Shown: positions 53,970 through 64,000 of the stretch, piece by piece
Position numbering within the stretch: the first letter of the stretch is position 1
Layout: the number at the start of each line of letters is the position of its first letter
Source: Octopus sinensis
Lineage: Eukaryota
Length of the DNA: 64,000 nucleotides
Direction of reading: 5' to 3'
Assembly: GCF_006345805.1 (NCBI RefSeq)
Contig: NC_042998.1
Span: forward strand, 113,646,001 to 113,710,000
Notes under the pieces: model-generated
Told to the model about the DNA's origin: nothing
Databases searched by the model: none
The model's input: only the letters and a program-made list of their open reading frames with translations
Translations under genes and position numbers: made by a program

Positions 53970-55496
53970 TATATATATATACATACATAGATATATATAT
54001 ATACATACATCATATATATATATATTTATGTATATATAATATATATATAGTCTATATATCAATCAATATATATCATACACACACATATGGAGGATATATA
54101 TATCTATCTATATATATATATATATATATATATATGCATGCACACATATCTGCACGTATATATTTATACACGCATGATGTACGCATACACAACTATGGCT
54201 ACTTATCTATGTTGCAGAGAAAATTGGCTAACTCTTTAGACACTCGTTTGTCTTTCACTGAAGAATTATAACGAACACAAAAATCTCTGTAATCTTACCC
54301 AGAGAAAACGAAAGTGACAGTTACAAGAGAAAAGATCAGGTTGAAAGAAAGGTGCAGAGAGAGAGAGAGAGAGAGAGAGGGGGAAGAAAGAGAGAGGGGA
54401 GAGGGAGGAGAAAGTGAGGGAGAAAGAGCGAAGGAAAGATTTCTTTATTCTTAAGCTTATATAAAGATACACAGATGTATACAGTTTATTATCAGCACTA
54501 CCCATCTCGATTAGTTCTATTAGCCATTAACAATTTTTCCGGAAGCCGCGAGCCATATCATATCTTTTTAACTCACACCTAAATGAAGCTACGTATTTAA
54601 CGACCGAGTAATAACTAAAAATAAGTACCGTTTAAAGCAAGGTTTCACTTTAAACGGTGTAGTCAACATTGCATACATACATAAATACATTAGCACTCAC
54701 AAACACACACAGATGCATAATATATACATGCATATATCTCTGAATGCATGTGTGTGTATATACATATGTATATCAGTTACACTCGGAGCTATAATTTTCT
54801 TCCGTATTATTATCTAGTATTTTCAAATTCCTTTTTGGCTAACATTTTGCCAACCATTTTGCAATATTTTTCACATACCTCTTTATTAACACTTATTTAT
54901 GTATTTATGTATTCATTTATTCATATATTTATTTATTTATTCATTTATTTTTACCTCTTTTCATAAGCTTCATACCTAATGCTGGCATTTTCACCATTTA
55001 CCGTTCATTTAACATTTCTTTGGCGCAAACCTTTTTATAGAATTATATAATTTAATATGACCAATAGCAAACCGTTTATTAAAGTCATTTTTGTTTCTTG
55101 TTTGAATTTCGTTTCGTTTGGTTCTTTTATTTTTTAAATATTCCAATTGTGTATAGCAAAGTAGTCGACGGGTTTGGCAAGAGAGCTAACTGGTCACTAT
55201 TTTCAGACATCGTTAAATGTATAGATTTCCTCTCCTTGAAGTTATATCTATTTGCATAATATCATTTCTATTCCTAAAGACATATTACGGTTTATCGTGA
55301 CCAATTCAAAGTCCATTTTTTTTTATATTCTTTTATTGCGATAATATTTTCTTAACAGCGATTTACTGTTCCGGTTGTTCGTTAGGCAGAAGCTACGTTA
55401 GAATATTATGTAACCAAAGCTGTTATTTATTTCCTCAATCATGTAAATATACAGACATACACCCGTGCGTACTCATGCCTACATACATGCATGCAT

Positions 55497-55559
<63 letters not shown>

Positions 55560-55750
55560 AATACATATATATATGTATATATATGTATGTATGCATATAT
55601 GAATGTAAATAAACATATAATGATGATGATGATGATGATGATAATAATTATAATACTAATAATATTATTAATAATAATAATGATAATAATAAAAATATTA
55701 ATACACCGATATATAAGAAACATCGTCATATATATATATATATATATAAA

Positions 55751-56954
55751 CAGGATGCAAGGAGTCTTTGAGGACACTTAATTATCAGTATATTACACTT
55801 TTCAAGCCATGAAAAGGTTTTACTTCTTCCATATCCCCGATGGCAGACAAAATTCTAACGCAAGCAATGAAAAGACATGCAGTCATTGTTGCCACATGTG
55901 CAGAACACAGCTATTCAAAAATTGCCAACTTTCTAAATTTTGCAAGATATTTTGTTCACAAAGTTTTGAAGGAATCAGAAGCCTCTGGCGTGAATGTTTC
56001 ATGTGAAAACAAAAATCTTAAACGTTTGGGTACTTTAAGGACATCGCAATATTTTAAACAGGTTCAAAACATTATCGATGATGATTCCGGAAAACGAAAA
56101 TCAATGAGGTATTGCTAAAGAAATTCGAGTGTTAAGAGTAGACTATCAGAACTCTGGTGAACGAGAGCATTCGATACAAGTCGAATGTACTGAAGAGAGG
56201 CCACTTCATATCTGTAAAGACGCAGGGAAACCAGCTGGTCCATGCCAACTTAAGTTTAATGACCCATAGGGCATGGTATGTTTTGGTTCTTCTCTGACGA
56301 GACAATATTCGACCAAGACCAAACGTCTAACTGGAGAAATAGCAGATGGTCATATGCAGCTCATTCTTATGTCCAAAGAGTGAGGCACACTAAGTTTCCA
56401 GTAACTATAACGGTTTTAGTGGTAGTGAGTAACAGAGGTGTTGTCATGTCACCTCAGGTCCTTCTACAGAGTCTCAGAACTAATACTGCTGGATGCATTG
56501 TGATACTGGATACAGTTATTAAGCCGTAGATGGATGAAGTACGTAGTGGAAGGCCATAGGTATTTCAACAAAACTCAAGCAAAGCCTACGCAATCCAAGA
56601 AAGAATGAGATAAGTTATACGGTCATGTAACATCAAACTTGTGGCTTCAAAACTCGCCAGATTTAAATCCCATTGATTACTATGTTTGAAGCATTATTGA
56701 AAAGGACACTGATCGATATCCGACATTGATCAGCTGATCTCCAAATTGAATAAGGCACATTTGGTGCCGGTATGTTGATGATTTCTGTCTCGCATTGAAG
56801 CAGACATCGAAGCTAAAGGCAGATTCGGTGAATAATCTTATAAGAAGGCTTATCAAGAACATGTGAATAAATTTTCATTAAAATACATTTGTCTTTTGTT
56901 AGATTAGAGTTATTTTATTGAATTACTATGTCCTCAAATACCTCTCACACCAAG
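55751..56954 (+). mobile_element. Decayed full-length Tc1/mariner element (maT/DD37D-like)
   Basis: Imperfect TIRs TTTGAGGACA..TAATT / AATTA..TGTCCTCAAA. Transposase pieces MKRHAVIVA..IANFLN (HTH), WFFSDETIFDQD, TKFPVTITV, VFQQ and NSPDLNPIDY; many stops. Confidence 0.88.
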
Positions 56955-57519
56955 TATGTATATTATGTCTGTAACATGTGTGTGTGTGTGTGATGACACG
57001 TAGCTAAGTGGTTAAAGTGTTACAATTACAATTGCAAGACCGTGGTTTCGATTCCCAGACCAGCGTTACGCTGTGTTCTTGAGCAATTTACTTCATTCAC
57101 TTTGCACTTGTTCATTCAGCTGCAAATGGGTAATCCTGTGACAGATGAGAGGGAATGGTATGTGCATGTGTATATGTGTACACATGCATGCACATACACA
57201 CACACACAAACACACATACACCTGTTAACTGATCGTCTGAGATTTGTAGAGTTTCACAGCGGTAAGCAGCTCGTGTAATCCTTCTGATGTGATAGTATTC
57301 AGTATTATCGCATGCAGTCGATCATTTGCGGTTTTGCCATCTGTGAAAAATTTAGTAATGTAACTCCGAGTTTGCTAATACAAATTTTCAGCCTCATAGA
57401 CATAAGCTTTGTTGAGTGCTCTCACTTTCATTTCTATGACTATCTGCATATAAATTTTAACCCCGCCGCAAAAAATCTCAAATTTTATTTAATTTGCTTT
57501 TTGCGGGAAGGAATGTTTC

Positions 57520-57793
57520 AGTAGAAGACGCGTCTCGCCTTCACCTTCGAAACGCGGAGTAGATGAAACCATGGCGACTGAAGAAGGGGGATTTTCCTTG
57601 TGTTATTTGTCCAGTAGTCTATTTTTTCGTTGTTTAAGAAAAATGTCCATTTCCTTGGTTTTGTGTTTATGTTTTCGTTTCTCATTGTGTTCAACGCTTT
57701 TTTGGTGTCCTGTACCCATATATGCATGTATATATACATGTACATGTAGGTACGCACATATATGTATGTATATATGCATATGTTTTATTTATT
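57520..57793 (+). mobile_element. Single-orientation copy of the 28629-29059 hairpin family
   Basis: GCGACTGAAGAAGGG..TTCCTTGTGTTATTTGTCC is colinear with 28831-29059. Confidence 0.85.
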
Positions 57794-58033
57794 AATTTGT
57801 TATATATGCATATATGCAGATAGTCATCGGAAAGAAACACTAGTCAGAAGCAAAACAGCTGTGACATAAGCTACGTCTTTCTATTGGAACTTTTTGAAAA
57901 TCAGCGTAAACTGTGAAAACGGTTAAAGCTTTAAATATATCAATAAAAATATTTTAACTATTCTCAGTGCATTTTCAAATTCTATTTTTCCTACACACAC
58001 ACACGCACACACACAAGCACACACGCACAAATA

Positions 58034-58175
58034 CTTTATTATTAAAGTTGAAAAAACATCACAAAAATGTGATGTCTTTTGTGATATTTTTCCAGCTTTA
58101 ATAATAAAGCATATTACTCTACCTCCAGTATCCGAGCACTATTTTTCCCACCTTGTCCCACTTACTCGGGTGTTT
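58034..58175 (+). mobile_element. pLTR 3' end with 5' inverted duplication (hairpin 58034-58109)
   Basis: CTTTATTATTAAAGTTGAAAAAACATCACAAAA versus TTTTGTGATATTTTTCCAGCTTTAATAATAAAG. Confidence 0.7.
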
Positions 58176-58197
58176 GTGTGTGTATATATATATATAT

Positions 58198-58560
58198 ACG
58201 AATGTCCGCCAGAGGACCATCATGGTTTCCTTATCTCTGGTCCTGAATGTTCTTAGGATCTATCCATCCAGTCGTCTGCACTTTGTCGCAATTCTGGTAA
58301 TGTGCACTTGGAAAGTGGTATCATTACTCATGTCGATACCCAGGTCCCTCACTGACTTAGGCTCTGGGATTGAAATTTCCTGTGGACCGATGTACCCTGT
58401 AAGTTTAATATTCGGTTTTGGATGCTGGTAGCGCAGGGCCTGGAATTTTTCAACGTTAAGCTGATTATTATTATCCTCTGCCCATCTGTAAATTGAGTCC
58501 AACTCCTGCTGCAGGTGTACAATATCGCTGGGGTTCTGTATTTTCTGCGAGACTTTCGTA
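58198..58560 (-). mobile_element. CR1/L2-group LINE reverse transcriptase fragment
   Basis: DIVHLQQELDSIYRWAEDNNNQLNVEKFQAL..VRDLGIDMSNDTTFQVHI..ILRTFRTRD. Confidence 0.88.
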
Positions 58561-58840
58561 TATGTATGTATGTATGTATGTATGTATGCATGTACGTATG
58601 TATGTATGTATGTATGTATGTATGTATGCATGCATGCATGCATGTATGTATGTATGTATGTATGCATGCATGTATGTATGCATGTATGTATATATGTATG
58701 CATGTATGTATGTATGTATGTATGTATGCATACATGCATGCATGTATGTATGTATGCATGCATTCATGCATGTATGTATGTATGTATGTATGTATGTATG
58801 TATGTATGTATGTATGTATGTATGTATGTATGTATGTATA

Positions 58841-59000
58841 TGACGTCTTCTTTCAGTTTTCGTCTGCCAAATCCACTCAACGTTTTGGCCGACCCGAGGA
58901 TATAGCAGAAGACACTTTTCCAAGGTACTTCGCAGTGGGATTGAACTTGGAAACATGTGGTTGGAAAGCAAACTTTTTACCAAACAGCCACGCCCGCGCC
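58841..59000 (-). mobile_element. SINE family A head
   Basis: Matches 8830-8991. Confidence 0.85.
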
Positions 59001-59002
59001 TG

Positions 59003-59055
<53 letters not shown>

Positions 59056-59909
59056 GCATGCACACACATGCATACATACATATATATATACATACTTACA
59101 TACAAACATATATACATATATACATACATACCTACATACATGCATCTAAGCATATATGCAGTCATATGCTCTCGCACATATATTCAGGCATACATATACA
59201 CTCATGTTTATGTTTGATCTACATAACATATTTATATACTTACACGTACAAACTCACACATCAATATTTCTGTGCACATAGAATTAAAACAACTCATATG
59301 ACAACGCATGTGCATGAATACTAAGATTCATAAACACATATAACGATGGATATGAAGTCTTTATTCTACTCCCGTTATCATAAAAACAATTTGAGGAATC
59401 ATTTGTTAGAAACAATATATGATTTCCCAAGAGAATGCAACATCTTTATCGTTAAATTTACCATATTCCAACTAGATTCTTTGACATTTAGCTTATAAAT
59501 TATCACTTTTCAAAGAAGCGCCTACACGCCACAAACAAACGAAAATGTTTTTCTTCTCTGGAATTGAAAAAATGAGAAGGCGTTAGTGAAGCAAGCAAAA
59601 TGAATCTGTTATAATTAGTAATCGGAACACGGTTACAGGTTTAGCTCCCTGAGAGTTTAACAGTATTCTAGTCAAGCTACAGATAATGGGAATTTTTCTC
59701 TGCGGTATCTGACTTGTAGTTGATTTTTTGCAGCCGATTTACAAATCTGGTTGGCGATGGATTGAAAGAATAGCGAGAATGTCAGAAAAATGTTTTGCAG
59801 TAATTGCGCCTCGTCGTTGCTCTCAAAGTATAAACCTCGCTAAAATCAACTTCGTCTTTCATCTTTCGAGAGGCTGATAGATAAATACCAGTCAAATACT
59901 GAGGTCAAT

Positions 59910-60007
59910 TCTTCTTCTTCTTCTTCTTCTTCTTCTTCTTCTTCTTCTTCTTCTTCTTCTTCTTCTTCTTCTTCTTCTTCTTCTTCTTCTTCTTCTTCTT
60001 CTTCTTC
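59910..60007. repeat. Pure (CTT)n
   Basis: Direct inspection, about 32 units. Confidence 0.97.
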
Positions 60008-60236
60008 TAATTATTACACACACACACGCACACATAGCGAGCAGATTCGGATATACTGTGTCGTAGGGGGACGATATACAGTGCTCTTTCTCAGATGGAG
60101 AAATGAAAAGATGTTGAGCTGAGAGCTAATAACTTCCCTTTTCTCATATACTACAAAAACTGTCCAAGAAGAGAGAGAGAGAGAGACAGAGAGAGAGAGA
60201 GACAGAGAGAGAGAGACAGAGAGAGAGAGACAGAGA

Positions 60237-60268
<32 letters not shown>

Positions 60269-60539
60269 AGAGAGAGAGAGAAATAGAGAGAGACAGACAA
60301 AGAGAGTGTTTGTGTGTGTGTATGTGTGTGTGTGTGTGTGTGTGCGTGTGTGTGAGAGAGACGGATATGGAACAACAACACAGGCGGTTTAAACGAAACG
60401 AGTATAAGTGGTATATATTTTAACGGCCTTGGAGGAAGAGCGAAGAGAGAGAGGGAGAAAAGGAAAGAGAATGAGAGAGAGGAGAAAGGGAAAGGAAAGA
60501 GAGAGAGAGAAAATAGGAAATATACTGCTACATTATCAT

Positions 60540-60850
60540 TGTATTAAGCATGCTGTGTCTAATTTTTGCTTTCATAGAATCTAAAGTAAGTTGCCACTTC
60601 TATCAAAGCTTTCCCTGCTCTAAAATATAAAATTCTGAAATTCTTTTAATTACATTTCTGATTATATTTTAAAGTATATAAGGTTGGGATAATTAGAATC
60701 CTTATTTATATAAAGGAGCTTTCCTTTCAGCTTTCCGTGCAGTTCAACTCTGCATTTCACTAAATATAATGTAGTGTCTAAAAAATTGACTATGCTTATA
60801 TTAGCGGGCAAATAGCTAGAACCATACTTATAGTGTCCAGTAATCAAATT
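60540..60850 (-). mobile_element. Old Penelope-like RT thumb fragment (Naiad/Poseidon-like)
   Basis: VNFLDTTLYL..LLYINKDSNYPNLI resembles the FLD..Y..S.HP motif of Penelope RTs. Confidence 0.65.
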
Positions 60851-61002
60851 AAATAATCACACATGATTATATGTGCGATTTGAAATGCAAGATTATCATG
60901 ACTTTTTAATGATATATCTTAGCTTCTGAACTTTATTTCCGCATCTCTAAAATGTATAATGCAACGCACTCACATTTCTCAGTGTTCCCGTAACTAGATG
61001 TA

Positions 61003-61879
61003 CAGGATGTCCCAAAAGTTAGTGATGGGTTTCAATTTTTACTAACTTCCTTAACTTTATAAATAAATGTATGAAATTTTGATACAATATAAAGGACATA
61101 AAAGAAATTAACATGAACAGGTCAAATTTTGCAACATCACTACATCACATACGAAAAATGACATCGCTTAAATGGCAGCCATTTTTGACTTCGCACGCCC
61201 GTGCTCTTTCCAAAATTTGCACAACATCCTCAAGAGTTCGGATCTCAATTGTCTGATTTCTCTATTGATGTTCTCTTTCAGTTGCACCAGGGTCTCCGGT
61301 TTGTTGGTATAAACCCGCTCTTTCAGGTATCTCCACAAGAAAACATTCGGGTTAGTTAAATCTGGGGAACGTGAAAGCCATTCAAAGTTGACCTCACATA
61401 TGGTTCCAACAAGATGTTGCAACAGCTCAAAGCTCAAGAGAAACAATGCAGTTGCTATAGTAGTGCTTTGGAGAGAGAATAAACTATGGCAATGTCAACT
61501 GGCCTTCATGTTCCCCAGACTTGACTAGCCCGAAATTTTCTTGTGAGGATATCTGAAAGAGAGGTTTTCCGTGAACAAACCGGAGACCCTGGTGCAACTG
61601 AAGGAGAACATCAATAAAGAAGTCGGCGAAGTGGGGTCTGAAACTCTTGAGGGTGTTACGGTGCAAGTTTTGGAAAAAGCATGGGTGTGTGAAGCCAAAA
61701 TGGCTGCTATTTAAGCGATATCATTTTTCATATGTAATGCAGGGGTGTTGCAAAATTTGACTTGTGCATATTTATTTTCATTATGTCCTTTATTTTGTAT
61801 CAAAATTTCATGCATTTATTTGTAAAGTTAAGGAAGTTATTAAAAATTGAAACTTATCACTGACTTTTGGGATATCCTG
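61003..61879. mobile_element. Palindromic Tc1/mariner derivative built from two 3' ends of the transposase gene
   Basis: TA-CAGGATGTCCCAAAAGT..ACTTTTGGGATATCCTG-TA with ~390-bp inverted arms. Both arms encode W..SPDLT..YLKERV..KPETLVQLKENI. Confidence 0.9.
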
Positions 61880-62055
61880 TAGTAAGACAAATTGGTCATT
61901 CATGTTCTTCATTGTCCAGATTCGTTAACGAAAAATAGAGATTTTCTGGCTGGCATGCATAATTACTTGGACATCGTTCCTACAAGTGACACTGAGTTTC
62001 TTACCAAATTTCAGTAGCTTGACTAAGAGGGGGTTTCAATTTTAGCGGTACTTAA

Positions 62056-62454
62056 CCCCTTACCCAACAATTATTTTGAAAATAAATGTATTTTTTCAGA
62101 CATATTTTTTATTGTTTTATTTTACTATGTTTTGAATGGTGATTTCGAGGTATATTTCAAACCTTATTTATTATTCATAAAATGTGCCTTCCAACCCTTC
62201 GACTGTCTCCAGGTGACTAAATCATACTCGGTCTTCAATGCCTTACTCAAGCGAAAGGTGGCAGAAATCGTCACTGCCAGACGTATAAAGTGAGCGAATA
62301 TACTCGTATATGTCAAAAAAGAGTTTATAATAGACAAAGGAACTCGTTTGCTGTCGATTTTGGCAAGTCTATCTTTTGACGAGTTAACTCGCCAGAGATA
62401 GAAGAAAAAAGATTTCGGTCAAAACGCATATATTCGTTTCTGCCGGGTAAGGGG
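62056..62454. mobile_element. piggyBac-type MITE
   Basis: TTAA-CCCCTTACCC..GGGTAAGGGG-TTAA. Confidence 0.88.
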
Positions 62455-62951
62455 TTAATATCGGTTGTTATCATATAAAATCTGTTATAATCAACCAATA
62501 TATCGCTTTTGTTTGATTATTCGAAGTTAGTAGTCTTCCTTATACAATACATAAACCTGCATATCACACTTTTTGGTCAGCATTTTTTGTCTGGTGTAAA
62601 ATTCTCTCTATGTTTTTTAGGGTGATGGATGTTTCACGAGTCGGTAAATATTATCTAAACATAATTTTAGTTCTGATTTCTACCCATTCAACAATATCAT
62701 TGTAGATATTGGTGTTACCTTTTCTATATTATTGTGTAATAATAGTAATGACAACAATGTCTATCGATCTGACTATATCTTCACACACACACATGCACGC
62801 ACACACGTACGCACGCACACACAAATACACATATAGAGTAGCATGGTTCAGTGGTTAGGATGTTGCACTCATGATTATAAGATTGTGGTCTCGATTCCTG
62901 GATGGGTTGTGTTTTTGAGCAAAACCACTTCATTTAAAGTAACACAGTTCA

Positions 62952-62987
<36 letters not shown>

Positions 62988-63151
62988 ATATATACATACA
63001 CACACATACTCTTATATGTATGTATGTATATATATATACATAAGTTTATATATACACACATACAGACAGGCAGACTCACATGCACACGCACATATATGCA
63101 CGTATGCATGCATGTATGTGTTTGTGTATGTATGTATTATACATACTTATG

Positions 63152-63195
<44 letters not shown>

Positions 63196-63778
63196 CACAT
63201 TCATAATACTTTGGGTGTATACATGGAAAATATGAAGTGAGCTTTTTATTGCATTTCTAAAAGGAAGAAAAATTTAAAAGGAAACACTCAAATATTCGCA
63301 TGTTCACGTAGATATAATGCAGACACAACTATTAAACATAGATACGTGAAACAACATAACATACAAAAACTTCTTGAATGCCACCAGGCCTCCATCGCTA
63401 TTCACACTATTCCTATCTCTTGACACATACACACACACACATATCAACCAACCGACCATCTTACAATAAACAAAAGAACAACAAGACAACTGTGAAGAAA
63501 CAACTTTCATACTGAATAAAAAAACAATCGTTAGAAAATGAAAAAGTTTCTCTAAAGATAACGAAACACATGAGAGAACTGACTCTATCAGACAGCGAAA
63601 CCTGATGCCATTTACACCTACTTATTACTGTTGTGTGGGTGGGATTCAGGTATCCATGCGTCTCCTTCAACAAGCTTAATATAGAACTAACATTATGATT
63701 ATATATATATATATATATGTATGTATATATACACACACATATATATACATATACATACATATATATATATTTATATAC

Positions 63779-63820
<42 letters not shown>

Positions 63821-64000
63821 GTATATATATGTATATACATATATATGTGCATGTATATATACATATACATATATGCGTATGTACATATATATTTGTATGT
63901 ATGTATATATATATATATATACGTACATATATATATATTTATATAATATATCATATATATAATATACATATACATATAAAGTATAATGTATATATAATAT

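Overview
AT-rich, microsatellite-saturated animal genomic DNA, intronic or intergenic. The SINE families, Penelope fragments and (TA)n/(CATA)n/(GA)n load match what I recall of coleoid cephalopod (Octopus) genomes; that assignment is inferred, not searched. There is no intact protein-coding gene, and almost all listed ORFs are microsatellite read-throughs. Real coding remnants are all transposon-derived: a Neptune-like Penelope RT+GIY-YIG (817-2400), a second Penelope RT piece, R4/Dong LINE ends, a CR1 piece and two Tc1/mariner relics. There are also three tRNA-derived SINE families, hAT, piggyBac and mariner MITEs, a Helitron, and an 802-bp long-TIR element with an 8-bp TSD and a (CCCTAA)n core. 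The most striking hidden layer is about a dozen type I hammerhead-ribozyme motifs (intact to degenerate) with short palindromic stem III, carried by Penelope-type terminal repeats inserted in microsatellites. One has a compensatory G3-C8 core, one a possible U3-A8 core, and several have very long stem II inserts. Many of these insertions are head-to-head hairpins. One or two candidate host exons (40710-40856, 12851-12985) are low confidence.
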